Origin: Barthelona sp. PAP020 | Lineage: Eukaryota | Assembly (NCBI GenBank): GCA_040182905.1 | Contig: JARQWU010000052.1 | Location: 1 to 47,747 of the forward strand | DNA: 47,747 nt | Direction of reading: 5' to 3' | Shown: positions 9,566-20,817 of the stretch, piece by piece | Position numbering within the stretch: the first letter of the stretch is position 1 | Layout of the letters: each line of letters opens with the position of its first letter | Position numbers and translations under genes: made by a program | The notes under the pieces: generated by a model | The model's database searches: none | Seen by the model: only the letters and a program-made list of their open reading frames with translations | What the model was told of the DNA's origin: nothing

Positions 9566-11347
9566 ATGAGTAATTTAGAACAGCAAATTGTAATATTAAT
9601 ATCAAAACTCAATGAAAAAGATACTATACAAGTTGCTGTAACCAAATTAAAAAGCTTAATTGATGAAAAAACTGAACCCAAGGATATTTCCATACTTTTA
9701 CATAATTTTATGACTATTGATAATTCTATTAATGTTTTAGGACGAATTGAAGGATTGAAAATTCTTGAATATCTTATTGAACATTCGCATCAATTGTTTC
9801 TGCCTCATGTAAAAAAATGTGTTGATTATTTATGTAGGAGAATTAAAGATGAAGAGAGTAGATGTGAATTGCAAATTATTGATGTATTTGGAGGTATAGT
9901 GAAGCATTGTCTTGTTCCCTGTTGTTACAATGTTGCTGAACCATCTAAATTATATATTCCCATATTTCAAGGATTATTTAGGCTATGTGAACAGTACAAT
10001 AGGATTTCGCAGAGGGTTGGATTTTGTGCTCTTGCTAAAGTCTTTGAAAATGCTGAAAGAACACACTTGTTAGTTTCATTTCCAAAATTAGCGCAAAAAT
10101 TGAAAAAGCTTTTGGACAGCGGGAATCTCATTTCTGTTGCAGGGATTTTTGAATGCATCTCTTCCTTTCTTCTTTTGTCTAATCAGGACACCATAGAATT
10201 TTTGCCTTACTTTATCAGAAAAGGAATACAATTTTTGAGGTCCAATGACAGTGCAGCAAGATTAGGTTGTGTAGTTTTTTTTCACAAATTGCTTGATATA
10301 TACAAACACATGTTAATACCATTTAAAACTGATATATTGAATGGTCTGATGCCATTGAGACATGATAAAAGCAGAAGAATTCGTGATAAAATACCAGTTG
10401 TGATAGAAGCTTATCATCATTTGGCAATGAATTTTGATGAGCACATTCACGAAAACGTTGTTTCGCGGTCATTTAATTCCAAAGTCAATGATCCTAGTCC
10501 AATGTCAACCAAAATTGTTTATGTAAAGAATGAGATTCAAGACACCACAAAGATATTTGAAAGTCCTTTTCACCCGAATTTTTCGGCTAATTCAATTCCT
10601 TATACAGTCATTCAATCCGATCAACTTCTCAATGATCGTAAATCTACATCATCTTCTGTAAAAATAAAGAATTCTTCATCAGTTGGCGGAAATTTGCGGA
10701 ACTTAAAAAGTCTAGATGATAACGATACAAAAATTAGTGAGCCCATTCGTTTAGATACTGTAATGAAGCAATTGGACTCAATAGGTAAATTAATGAATAA
10801 CTATATGACAGAAACACAAAGTTCTTTGCAATCGTTAGGTGAAAGAATGACAAATCTTGAAATTAGATTCAAACAACATGTTGATAGTGAGAAAACAAAG
10901 GACATTCAAAATATTTCCAAGACAAAAATAGATTTCAACCCTTTTAACTTGTCAAGAAGCGGTAATGTGTCTCCAAAGAAGGCTGATACTTTGTTGGATC
11001 GTGAATTCACCTTGAACAATTCATATTCTCTAATTCTTGAAGATTCCAATAACAACAATGATATTTCAAGTTTATTTACATTAATGGGGCAAACAGGTAT
11101 TGTTGTTGATGCTTTATCAACGGATAACGTTCAGAAACTTACAGGTGTTTTGGTTGAATGTGGCATTAAAGGTATTTGTGTTGAATTCATTTTACCTTGG
11201 ATTCAATTCATTTGTGAAAATAAATTTGATATCTTATTGCTGAATCAACAGAGAGATATTGTTCATTTTTTAACTATATTAAGTGATGAAGCTTCTTTAC
11301 ATGGAATCACTGCACAACAAATATTGTCAACATTAAAAATAATGTAA
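9566..11347 (+). CDS. TORTIFOLIA1/SPIRAL2-like HEAT/TOG microtubule-associated protein
   Basis: ISKLNEKDTIQVAV (cf. plant LSKLSDRDTYQIAV), RHDKSRRIRD (cf. RFDKIKPVRD), central coiled coil, C-terminal LMGQTGIVVDALS...LPWIQ. ATG at 9566. Confidence 0.75.
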   Translation: MSNLEQQIVILISKLNEKDTIQVAVTKLKSLIDEKTEPKDISILLHNFMTIDNSINVLGRIEGLKILEYLIEHSHQLFLPHVKKCVDYLCRRIKDEESRCELQIIDVFGGIVKHCLVPCCYNVAEPSKLYIPIFQGLFRLCEQYNRISQRVGFCALAKVFENAERTHLLVSFPKLAQKLKKLLDSGNLISVAGIFECISSFLLLSNQDTIEFLPYFIRKGIQFLRSNDSAARLGCVVFFHKLLDIYKHMLIPFKTDILNGLMPLRHDKSRRIRDKIPVVIEAYHHLAMNFDEHIHENVVSRSFNSKVNDPSPMSTKIVYVKNEIQDTTKIFESPFHPNFSANSIPYTVIQSDQLLNDRKSTSSSVKIKNSSSVGGNLRNLKSLDDNDTKISEPIRLDTVMKQLDSIGKLMNNYMTETQSSLQSLGERMTNLEIRFKQHVDSEKTKDIQNISKTKIDFNPFNLSRSGNVSPKKADTLLDREFTLNNSYSLILEDSNNNNDISSLFTLMGQTGIVVDALSTDNVQKLTGVLVECGIKGICVEFILPWIQFICENKFDILLLNQQRDIVHFLTILSDEASLHGITAQQILSTLKIM

Positions 11348-11406
11348 AATAAAAGATTTGATTGTATCAAAAAAAAAACATTTCTTTTTCAAAGACTATT
11401 ATTTAT

Positions 11407-12117
11407 ATGCATTCTGAATCCAAAAATTTTTATTCCAGGGAAGAAATGGATATGTTAAGGTTAAAAGATGAAAATGAACAACTTAGAAGAATGTATGAAT
11501 TCAAAAACAAACAAAATTTATTTAAAGACAATGAAAATCTTTCAAATCAATATGCTTTACAAATTGAACAATTGAAAAAGGAAAATGAAGAAATTAAAAA
11601 AAAATACAGAGAACAAACCAACAAGTTTCATGAAGTCCTAACAGAAAATGAAGAGTTAAAAAGAAAAGTTCGAGATTTAAAAGATTCTAGGGCCAGTTCC
11701 AACAAAAAAATTGAAGTTTCTGATAAGCTTGAAGATTTTAATGATGTTACCGTTGAAAGAGACAAATTATTATTAGAATTAGCCTATAAAGAATCTGAAT
11801 TGGAAGAAGCAATGAGTTTATTGGAAAAATTGCAAAAAACTAATGAAGAAAATGTTGTGTCAGATAAAGAGGTTTTGAATATTGAAAAGAAGTTTGAAAC
11901 ATTATCTGTTCAATTATCTGAAAAGGATGAAAAATTGCAAAATTTGGAGATAAAGTTAAAAGATTCCGATATTCATTTTACTGAGCTTTTGATTGGGTTT
12001 ATACAAGTACTTCAATCTATTGTTCAAATTCCCAAAGAGTTATTACCTTCAGTCGATGAATATCAAGATTTGTTGTATAGATTAGAGTCTCATCCTGCTT
12101 TTATGCGCAGCCTTTGA
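11407..12117 (+). CDS. Coiled-coil protein of unknown function
   Basis: E/K/L heptad-rich ORF; first ATG at 11407. Confidence 0.7.
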   Translation: MHSESKNFYSREEMDMLRLKDENEQLRRMYEFKNKQNLFKDNENLSNQYALQIEQLKKENEEIKKKYREQTNKFHEVLTENEELKRKVRDLKDSRASSNKKIEVSDKLEDFNDVTVERDKLLLELAYKESELEEAMSLLEKLQKTNEENVVSDKEVLNIEKKFETLSVQLSEKDEKLQNLEIKLKDSDIHFTELLIGFIQVLQSIVQIPKELLPSVDEYQDLLYRLESHPAFMRSL

Positions 12118-12360
12118 AAGTAAATATTTTTGTCATAATTTTCTTTTGTTTTGGTTATTTCCCGTTTGCCGTTGATAGATAGCAATTTTTTTTTTTTTTT
12201 TGAAAAATTCCTTCCGAAACTCCAAAACCACAATTCATGATTTTTAGACCTCCATTTTCCCCAATCAAAAATCAGGAAAAATTTACTTTTTTTTTAAAAA
12301 AATAAAAAACACAATACATACCAAATTTACACACAAAAAAAAAATTGAAGACAAAATTCA

Positions 12361-14151
12361 CTATTGCAAATCAATTTCATTCTCCACCGACACGAATTGT
12401 TGTTTACCCCGTAATCCAACAAAATGTCTCATTCTCAATTTGTCTGAAATACCTACACTCACAGTTGTTTGAACACATTGAGTTTTGGACCCATTCATCT
12501 GAGTTTCAACATCTTTCTTATAATAACTAGCTTTTGTTTGTGTTGAATGTGTTTTTTTTGATTGTAAATCAACCAATTTTAAAGCACGTCGTCTCCATTC
12601 CCACAATGAATTTGTGTAACTATGATCAATGTAACTCTCTAAAATATGAACGGGAGTTTGAATAATAGCCTCCTTCTTATGATCCATATTTTGGAATCGA
12701 GTGATCTGAGCAACGTTATGGAATGTCAACGAAGGAAATTCTCGAGTCAATGATAATATATGAATCAATTCAGGACGTTGCCTGACAACTTCTAAAGCTT
12801 GGTTCAATAATGATTGAGGTGCGGTCAAAAATTTGTTCACCTGTTGCACACCCGCAAAACCATAGTATTTTGTGTAATATTGAACAACACCTGAATCAAG
12901 ATTAGCAGGCATGAGAATATTTTTTTCCACCAAAGAAACAAGACAATAACCATTGAACGTCAATGAAAGTGTCTCAATTTCAGGGTTTGTTTCTTTTGTC
13001 AAAAGAGTTAACATGTCAGCATCTGCTTCAGCGGTGTTAATATGTTTGATAGGCTCATCTTCAAGTAAAAGAACGTTTTCTTCTATTCGTTGAAGGTCCT
13101 GTTCATGAATTTCACTGACATACTTGTTTTTAAATGCTAATAAGCTATCTAATAATTCAGATTGTTCAATAACTTTCTTCTTCTGTTCGGTGATGTTCTT
13201 CCAAGTATTGTTGAGCTCAATAAAATAAGGGTATACAGTTGCTTTGGGAATGGATGTTTGGTTATTGACAAGTTTTGCAAGGTTATCCATAACCTTATCA
13301 TATTCGTTTCTTTGTGAATCAACTTGTTTGCGTACAGACAGTAAAGTCTTTTCAATTTCTCTTAAAAATGTAATTAACTGTTGTCTGTTCGTTAATTCTC
13401 GAGATAAACGATCCGTTCCCCCACGACCAAAGGGTTCAACCAGATTATCATTACAAAAATTAATAATACGTTGTAATTGAACAATAACATCATGAATATC
13501 CTTCAAATCCATTTGTAAACGTGTAACGACTCTTTCAATGTGAGCGCTTAGTACTTCAGGCAAAACCAATTCTAGATTCTGCTGTCCTGGTGGTGCAGAA
13601 GCACTGTTCAGCAACCTTATACCATTTGTAAGTGAAGAAAGTTCCTTTAACTTTGCTAACTGTTGATCCGAATTCTGTAACAAAAACTCCTTCATATCTT
13701 CAGGTCTAAAAATGGATTCCATAGCAATCAACGTCGTTTTATTCGCATTAAGGTCATTGTAATTTGGTAACTCTAAATAAGCTAAAACATACCTCTGTAT
13801 TAAAGAATATAATTCATTAGTATTGGATGGTGAAGTTTGAATAAAAGAAGAGTAAATAGATTTTAATATTTTTTGCTTTGACTCTTTATCTTGTTCTTGT
13901 TTTGAAGAAAAATTCAGTTTCATATCAGCAACCTTGGCTTGCATTTCGATGGTTTGAACTGATGGATTTAAATTATCCATGATAAAATTGATTGTTCTTT
14001 GTATCACTTCATTTTCTGTCAACTCATTCTCAATATTAACCGGTAATAATATAAAATTAACCACAAATGATACAAATGTGTCGTTAACTTCAATATGCTT
14101 TTGATTGCATATTTTAATAACAGATTCAATAACTACAGATGAATCTATCAT
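12361..14151 (-). CDS. CFAP206: Cilia- and flagella-associated protein 206
   Basis: GIRLLN, ELTNRQQ, TSIPKATVYPYF, GYCLVSLV, PELIHIL, IQTPVHILESYID..Y...WEWRRRALKL..L..KKTHSTQT. Confidence 0.9.
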   Translation of the reverse strand: MIDSSVVIESVIKICNQKHIEVNDTFVSFVVNFILLPVNIENELTENEVIQRTINFIMDNLNPSVQTIEMQAKVADMKLNFSSKQEQDKESKQKILKSIYSSFIQTSPSNTNELYSLIQRYVLAYLELPNYNDLNANKTTLIAMESIFRPEDMKEFLLQNSDQQLAKLKELSSLTNGIRLLNSASAPPGQQNLELVLPEVLSAHIERVVTRLQMDLKDIHDVIVQLQRIINFCNDNLVEPFGRGGTDRLSRELTNRQQLITFLREIEKTLLSVRKQVDSQRNEYDKVMDNLAKLVNNQTSIPKATVYPYFIELNNTWKNITEQKKKVIEQSELLDSLLAFKNKYVSEIHEQDLQRIEENVLLLEDEPIKHINTAEADADMLTLLTKETNPEIETLSLTFNGYCLVSLVEKNILMPANLDSGVVQYYTKYYGFAGVQQVNKFLTAPQSLLNQALEVVRQRPELIHILSLTREFPSLTFHNVAQITRFQNMDHKKEAIIQTPVHILESYIDHSYTNSLWEWRRRALKLVDLQSKKTHSTQTKASYYKKDVETQMNGSKTQCVQTTVSVGISDKLRMRHFVGLRGKQQFVSVENEIDLQ

Positions 14152-14294
14152 TTAATCGAATAAACCAAAAGTCAAAAAAACAATTCAAATAAATGACAAA
14201 TTTTTTTTATTTTAAATCAGACGCATTCAACATGTATGTACATGCAACAAATAAATTAAAAATGCTATTTATAAAATTATTATCATCAAAACTA

Positions 14295-15149
14295 TTAAAC
14301 AGTTTGAGTAATTGAATTCGATGCAGATTCTTGACAAGGTTGGGGCATACTGAAATCAAAATGTAGGAATGATTCAATATGTTCACGACATAAAGGACAA
14401 ACATCATTATTGGTTCTTAAAATATTTGCACACTCAGAACATAAGATATAATGCCTGCATGGTAAAATCATTGTATCCTTTTTATTACACATACAAATAA
14501 CACACATTTCCTCTTCATCTCCAAAAAGATTAAGTATTTCATATACAAACTGCTGATTTGCATGTTTAACAACCAACAATTGTTTAAACACAACTAATTC
14601 TCCTAACGTAAGATGGGGATGCAAGAGAAGCTTTTCTGCAATAACTTGTCTCGGATTTGAAGGAACAATATCCAATATTATGTTCGTTTTTGGTGATTTA
14701 AGAGGCAAAGGGCCAACATGAATTGTTTGTTCCCCTTCTGAAACATTCAACACATGAAAAGGTTTACTTTGCCCTTGAATAGACCCATTCTTATGCAATC
14801 TCGCATCCAACCATATAGCTATTACAAAAGGTTGATAGGAATGAACTTTACAAGTAAATTGATATTGATAAAGATCATTGTTCACCACTTTAATAGAATC
14901 AGTCAAAATTGTGGCATCTTTTTCTAGCTTTGTATGAGGTTGAGATATTGGTGCAGGAGGTAATTGATATTGATGAACTTCATTATTAAATACAGGTGTT
15001 CTTCTATTTATATTGTGTCTAAAAGCTTCTATCATTAATCTTTGAGCGAAATTTGCTCTGAATGGAACTCTTTGTCCATTTCTTTCAGTATAAATAATTC
15101 TTTCTTCCTCTTGTTGATTATTTCTTGTATTTGAATGTGATGGACCCAT
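14295..15149 (-). CDS. RING-HC E3 ubiquitin ligase, MGRN1/LOG2-like
   Basis: N-terminal MG; KQLLVV...YEILNLFG; CVICM...ILPCRHYILCSECANILR....CPLCR. Confidence 0.8.
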   Translation of the reverse strand: MGPSHSNTRNNQQEEERIIYTERNGQRVPFRANFAQRLMIEAFRHNINRRTPVFNNEVHQYQLPPAPISQPHTKLEKDATILTDSIKVVNNDLYQYQFTCKVHSYQPFVIAIWLDARLHKNGSIQGQSKPFHVLNVSEGEQTIHVGPLPLKSPKTNIILDIVPSNPRQVIAEKLLLHPHLTLGELVVFKQLLVVKHANQQFVYEILNLFGDEEEMCVICMCNKKDTMILPCRHYILCSECANILRTNNDVCPLCREHIESFLHFDFSMPQPCQESASNSITQTV

Positions 15150-15305
15150 ATACGTTCATGAAAAAAATACAATTCAACTGTTTGGGAATGATGAAAACAT
15201 GGGATGCAGGATTCTTTTTTCATTTTACCCTCATTAAAAAAACACAATTTATAATTATAAAACACTTTACAACAAATAAAAAACGAAAACAAACACATTT
15301 ACACA

Positions 15306-16934
15306 TTACTTTCGATTCTCAACCAAAACGACAATTTTTTCTGAAATTTCATCATTTTGTTCTTTAAGGAAAGCTAAATCTTCTTTAACTTCATCAAAAC
15401 TTAAGCTTTGAATGGTTTTCGACAATCTAAAAACATCAGTTTCTGCAGCACGAAGATTTGTACTCAAAATGGTTCGTTCTTCCAACATATTGATGAAATT
15501 TTTCACAATTGTAGAAAATTCGACAAAACGTTTGTAAATTTGAGCGAAAATTTCATTCTTGGGATGATTTTGAGCTTCTATGAATAAAGACTCATCTAAA
15601 TAACCTTTAATCTGCTCCAATCTCATAACAACAGCGCGAATATCCTTATCCAACAAACGACTCTCGGTGGATATCTTTGTGATCTCAGCTCTGCCCTTTC
15701 TAGTCAAAGAATGAAGGTGATTGACCAGTTTAACGAATTCAGATCGATCTAAAGTCTTATCTGCCTGTTCAAACTCTTTAAGCAAGAATTCTTTCTTTTT
15801 TTCTTGGGCTTCAATATCAGATATTAGTCTCTTTAGACTCTTTTTCAATTGATCAATCTTCAAACTCTTATCTTCCAATTCTTCTTTAATGTCGAACTCT
15901 GTTGCTTCTATCTGATCAATTTCAGTAACTATAGGTGTTGTAAGTGTTGAAAACTCATCATTAATCTGCTGTAATTTGAGTGTTTGTTCGTCAATCTTGT
16001 TGGCTAAATTGCTCTTGGACTTGTCAAAGTCTTCCATTAAATCAATGACACTCAGAGCTTGAGCAAACTCATCAGATTTTTCTTGAATCTCCTTTGCTTG
16101 CTCATGAATCAACTCCAAACTCTCATCAATCTCCCCCTTCTTCGCTTCAATCAATCGATGGTAATTGATGACCTCCTTCTCCAAATTCTCAATCTCTTCA
16201 GTCAAATCTTCCATTTGCTTTTGTTGAGCGTCCTCAAGATTTTCACCTGGAATGGCAGAAATAATAGGCTCTTCCTCTTTTAAGAACTTAGAATCAATGT
16301 TTATCGTCGATAGATTTTGAATCATTATGGAATCCAACGTTAATTGCTCTTTTTGTGAAATCTTTCGCTTTGTATGACTATCGGTAAACACTTTTAACTC
16401 TTCAGAAAATATTTCCAAAATTTTAGGTGTAATTTTGAAGTCCACAATATGGTCACATTTTACTGACTTGCTTGGACATGTTTTTGCAGGAGTACAAGGT
16501 TCTACTAACAAATTTAAAGGTTGTTCAATGAATTCTTGCACTTTTCTTTTCATTATCGACTCAAAAGATTCATCAAATAAATCAATATTATTTTCATGCT
16601 CTTCTTCAACGTGTAGAAGCCCAATTAAAAAATTACAATAGTCTCTAATTGTATCAACAGTTGGATACAAAATTTGTTCATATCCGATTTGATAATCAAA
16701 ATTCAAACTCTTTAAAGCAGGCAAAATTTTATGACAAGCACGAATTTTTTCACTTTTGGTATTGCTTTTTAAATTTTTCAAATTTGCTTCATATTTAGAA
16801 TCAATCAAAATAAGACAATCACAAATAATTTTAATAAATGTTTCTGAATTGATATCATTTAAAGTTTCAATATCGTCAGAAAACTCCACATAGTTTTTTA
16901 ATCGTTTCAAAAAAAAGGTATCAGCTTGGCTCAT
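15306..16934 (-). CDS. CCDC22: CCDC22 (Commander/CCC complex subunit)
   Basis: MSQADTFFL, IGYEQILYP (cf. LGYQNFLYP), long coiled coil, and C-terminal RSEF..., DESLF.EA, YKRFVE. Confidence 0.8.
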   Translation of the reverse strand: MSQADTFFLKRLKNYVEFSDDIETLNDINSETFIKIICDCLILIDSKYEANLKNLKSNTKSEKIRACHKILPALKSLNFDYQIGYEQILYPTVDTIRDYCNFLIGLLHVEEEHENNIDLFDESFESIMKRKVQEFIEQPLNLLVEPCTPAKTCPSKSVKCDHIVDFKITPKILEIFSEELKVFTDSHTKRKISQKEQLTLDSIMIQNLSTINIDSKFLKEEEPIISAIPGENLEDAQQKQMEDLTEEIENLEKEVINYHRLIEAKKGEIDESLELIHEQAKEIQEKSDEFAQALSVIDLMEDFDKSKSNLANKIDEQTLKLQQINDEFSTLTTPIVTEIDQIEATEFDIKEELEDKSLKIDQLKKSLKRLISDIEAQEKKKEFLLKEFEQADKTLDRSEFVKLVNHLHSLTRKGRAEITKISTESRLLDKDIRAVVMRLEQIKGYLDESLFIEAQNHPKNEIFAQIYKRFVEFSTIVKNFINMLEERTILSTNLRAAETDVFRLSKTIQSLSFDEVKEDLAFLKEQNDEISEKIVVLVENRK

Positions 16935-17109
16935 TGGATAAATATTGTTGATAAAAAGTCTTTAAAAATAACAAGAAATCAAGAATGAGAAGGATAAGAA
17001 AATAAATTTTTTTTTTTTGTTTTTGTTTTTTCATTGAAAAAAAGGAGCTTTTTTAACAATTATTAAATAATTAATTTGAAAGTTTGTTAAAAAGAAAAAA
17101 ATTTAAATC

Positions 17110-20100
17110 ATGATATCAAAAACAAAAACATTGACACCTTTAACAATACCACCACCTTTATTATCTGATGATTTAGCTGCGTTACAATCCAACACTAATA
17201 CTCGGGAAATCAAATTAACATTTATAACATATTTATTATTGATACCAATGTTATTTTTTGTTGGATTTCTTACAGAACAATGGAAATTTCCTATTGAACA
17301 ACATGAAATGTTAATTTTTTTGTTCAAAGGATGTTTTTTATTGATCTTAACTTTTTATATGAGATTTTCTCCTCATGGAAGAAAAAGAATAATCTTTTTT
17401 AATATTTTTTTATTTTATTTATTATGTATGGTATTTATATTTCAACTATTTACGCATAAAATGGACGTGTATTATAATTTTTATGCTTTGCCTTTGATTG
17501 CATATTGTTTCATGGTTCCTTCTATTTATTATGTACATTTATTGGTTGGATTTGTGTCTATTTTGATAATGAAGATGATTTTGTATGTTAATAATCCTAT
17601 TGATGTTGAAATCAGCATTTTTATCAGTATTTTCTTTGGTTTTACTCTTTTATTGATGAATTCTTTATTGTTTCAAGAATTTTGTAATATGTATTATGCC
17701 CATTTAGTCTGGTTGAAGAGATTGATAGTCTTTTTAGAATCTGTAGTATTAAATTGTTTACCTGCTAGATACACAAAACAGTTTTTATATCAACAACCAA
17801 TTCCTCCTTCAGCACCTAATCAAACTGCAATTTGTTTTTTTGAATTGCTTAATTGGAATGATTTGGTTAAAAGAATATCACCACATCAAGCTATTTCAAC
17901 ATTAAATAAAATCTTTGGAGAATTTGATGAATTATGTGAATTGACAGGTGTTGAGAAGTTAAAGACTACAGGAAGTGTTTATATTGCAATGACTGGAGTA
18001 ATGGAACAAACATCTACTCCATGTGTATTGTTAGCTAATTTTGTTCATCTTGCGGGGGAAGTTTTATCAAAACAATCATATCGTATTGGTTGGAGAGCAG
18101 GTATGGCATATGGTCCAATATCTTGTGGTTTATTAGGCACTGAAAAGTTTATATTTGATATATTAGGAGATACTGTAAATACTGCTAGCAGAATGGCTAC
18201 TTCATGTTCTCATGGACAATTTCGATGTACTATTGATTGTATACCATTTTTAAGTGGATATAAACATATAAATATATCAAATATTGAGACTGTTCAAGCA
18301 AAAGGAAAAGATTTATTAGATACAGTATTAATATCATATCAAATCACACCAAAAACATTGAAATCTCAATTGTTGAACAATATGTTTAGTAGTAATCAAC
18401 AATATGTTCAAAGTTCTCCAAAGACCATTCATAACAATAATGAATTTTTTGTCAATTCATCTGATATTGAATTAAATTTTAATCTAGCAAATAATAATAA
18501 ATCAACTACAAATATGATGATGGATGATTCTGATAAAGAACGTGAAATGAATAACAATAGTGTAATGTCAACTTTGAATTCTGATTCAATCTTAGATGGT
18601 TATTATACAACAGATGATGAAGCAAATCGTTCAACTCCTTCTACAATTATTTCTTCAACAACTAATACCAATAATAGAAGAAGGTCAAGTTCTTCCTTTG
18701 GTATTTTAAAAGATGTTTATCAAAATCGCAGTAGTTTTGAAATATGTGGGGAATTGAGTGATATTGAAGAGATTTCTATCAGTGATATAGAGAAAGATGA
18801 TCAAAAAGATCAATCATATAATCAAAATAGAGGTAAAAATTCTAGTTTTGACGGTAACAAAAATATTTTACGAAATTCAAGTGGTTTTATGACAAATTCT
18901 ACCTCCATGACAACATCTACTTCTTCTCTTAATAGTAATAGCAACAACAATAGTATTAGCAACAACAATAATAACAATAATAACAACAATAACAACAATT
19001 TAGGTAGTTTGGGAAGTTTCAGTAGTTTAGGTAGTTTAGGAAGTTTAGGAGGATTAAGGACTGTTCATGGAGGACATAGAAGTCATGGAAATACAAGTGG
19101 TATCAGCAGAAAAAGTTTTGGAAATTTAACATTCAATGGTTTTGATAAGAGACGTGATTCTACTATTAATTTTAGTGGTAGCAATGGTAGTACTAATACT
19201 GGTACTACTGGTAATGGTAATGAAAAGAGAAACACCATCACAGGTTTAAAAGAGAAAAATATGTATGGATTACTTATATCCAGCATATATTTATTTTTTG
19301 ATATATATTTGATAGTTACTTTGTATTGGGATGAATTATTGGAACATTCAATCAAAATGAACTTTATCTTAGGTCTATTGATCTTGTCTGGACTTTTGAT
19401 TATCACTTTGATTTTGGAGATTATTTTAAAGGTAAAGATGAAACATAAAAAGAAGAAAAATTCAAAAATTAAATTGTTTGAGATAATAATCATTTGTTTA
19501 TATGTTTATCAAGCTTTATCATTGTTATTTATGATATTTTTTACTTATACTTATGTAATCACCGTAAATAATTTTCGTGTTGTTACCAATGAAAATATTT
19601 ATGCTATAGTTTTACATCTATGTTTCATTACATTACATTGGATCTTTTTAACTATTTTTTTGAAATATTTATCTAATATTTCAAAATTTTGGAACTTTTT
19701 TCATTCAATTTTTTGCGGTTTGTTTATCTTTCCTATTTTATATTTAGTTCATCTCAATAATTTTCTAATTGTCATCTATTTTAGTTTATTTGTACATTAC
19801 GTTCTTGTGTTATTAATGAACCATTTCAAACATCAATTTACTGTTAAAGCATTAAATGAATGTATAATTTTGAAACATCACATAAATAATGTTTCTTATG
19901 TTATTCAAAAAATGTTACCAGCAGTGTTTTATGATACTTGGAAATATGTTTTAGCTGATGATAACAATACATTGGAAGTTTCTTCAACAGAATCAAATGA
20001 TAATTGTACTGTTTTGATAGCAGATATCGTTGGATTCACTAAATTTTGTTCAAGCAGAAAATCATTTGACGTTTTCAGAATGCTTAATAATATATTGGCT

Positions 20101-20817
20101 GTATTTGATGCTAGAGTTAATCTCTATGAAAATGTCGAAAAAATTAAGACTATTGGTGATGCTTATGTCATTGTAGCGGGTATACCAAATGAAAATTTTC
20201 ATCATGCCAGTGATATTATTGCTGTAGGACAAGGGTTGATTAATGATGTGGCCACAATTTCAAAACATTGGAAAGTGGATTTGAAATTAAGAATAGGTGT
20301 TGCATCTGGTAGAGTTGTAGCTGGAACTGTTGGGAAAACTAGATTTGTTTATGATGTTTTTGGTCCTACAGTTTCAAGAGCTGAATATCTTGAAGGAACA
20401 GGAACTCCTGATAAGATTCATATTGATCAATCCACAGCTAGATTATTACATAATACAAACATGGTCCAAAATCACAGAGATTCTTTCTTTATTGATAGTG
20501 AAATGACTGATCCAAGAATCTTACAAACACCAAGGCCAATGCAAAGACCTTCAATATCTATTGAACCTTTGATTGATTACATTAAAGAGGCCCAACTAGT
20601 AGATGTGTCTGTTTCTGCTAGAGCATTGGATAAAATGATTGGAAAAACAAAAAATTCATGTTATGATAATGAAGGACGTGAAAATAGAAATAGAACTGAC
20701 AGTAAGAGTAAAATTAACAATACTTCTGTCGAAATTGACCCTTCAAATAATATAGCTTTTTCTGAAGAAACACCCAATCCTCTTAGGTATTCGTTAAAAG
20801 CACCAAAAAAGAAATAA
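17110..20817 (+). CDS. Class III adenylyl cyclase with two TM cassettes and two catalytic domains
   Basis: Domain 1: EKLKTTGSVY...FDILGDTVNTASRM. Domain 2: IADIVGFT...EKIKTIGDAY...YDVFG. Two hydrophobic multi-TM blocks. Confidence 0.9.
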   Translation: MISKTKTLTPLTIPPPLLSDDLAALQSNTNTREIKLTFITYLLLIPMLFFVGFLTEQWKFPIEQHEMLIFLFKGCFLLILTFYMRFSPHGRKRIIFFNIFLFYLLCMVFIFQLFTHKMDVYYNFYALPLIAYCFMVPSIYYVHLLVGFVSILIMKMILYVNNPIDVEISIFISIFFGFTLLLMNSLLFQEFCNMYYAHLVWLKRLIVFLESVVLNCLPARYTKQFLYQQPIPPSAPNQTAICFFELLNWNDLVKRISPHQAISTLNKIFGEFDELCELTGVEKLKTTGSVYIAMTGVMEQTSTPCVLLANFVHLAGEVLSKQSYRIGWRAGMAYGPISCGLLGTEKFIFDILGDTVNTASRMATSCSHGQFRCTIDCIPFLSGYKHINISNIETVQAKGKDLLDTVLISYQITPKTLKSQLLNNMFSSNQQYVQSSPKTIHNNNEFFVNSSDIELNFNLANNNKSTTNMMMDDSDKEREMNNNSVMSTLNSDSILDGYYTTDDEANRSTPSTIISSTTNTNNRRRSSSSFGILKDVYQNRSSFEICGELSDIEEISISDIEKDDQKDQSYNQNRGKNSSFDGNKNILRNSSGFMTNSTSMTTSTSSLNSNSNNNSISNNNNNNNNNNNNNLGSLGSFSSLGSLGSLGGLRTVHGGHRSHGNTSGISRKSFGNLTFNGFDKRRDSTINFSGSNGSTNTGTTGNGNEKRNTITGLKEKNMYGLLISSIYLFFDIYLIVTLYWDELLEHSIKMNFILGLLILSGLLIITLILEIILKVKMKHKKKKNSKIKLFEIIIICLYVYQALSLLFMIFFTYTYVITVNNFRVVTNENIYAIVLHLCFITLHWIFLTIFLKYLSNISKFWNFFHSIFCGLFIFPILYLVHLNNFLIVIYFSLFVHYVLVLLMNHFKHQFTVKALNECIILKHHINNVSYVIQKMLPAVFYDTWKYVLADDNNTLEVSSTESNDNCTVLIADIVGFTKFCSSRKSFDVFRMLNNILAVFDARVNLYENVEKIKTIGDAYVIVAGIPNENFHHASDIIAVGQGLINDVATISKHWKVDLKLRIGVASGRVVAGTVGKTRFVYDVFGPTVSRAEYLEGTGTPDKIHIDQSTARLLHNTNMVQNHRDSFFIDSEMTDPRILQTPRPMQRPSISIEPLIDYIKEAQLVDVSVSARALDKMIGKTKNSCYDNEGRENRNRTDSKSKINNTSVEIDPSNNIAFSEETPNPLRYSLKAPKKK
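18931..19050 (+). repeat. Coding AAC/AAT poly-Asn tract followed by (LGS)n repeats
   Basis: 13 consecutive Asn codons at 18961-18999, then ttaggtagt-type 9-mers. Confidence 0.9.
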
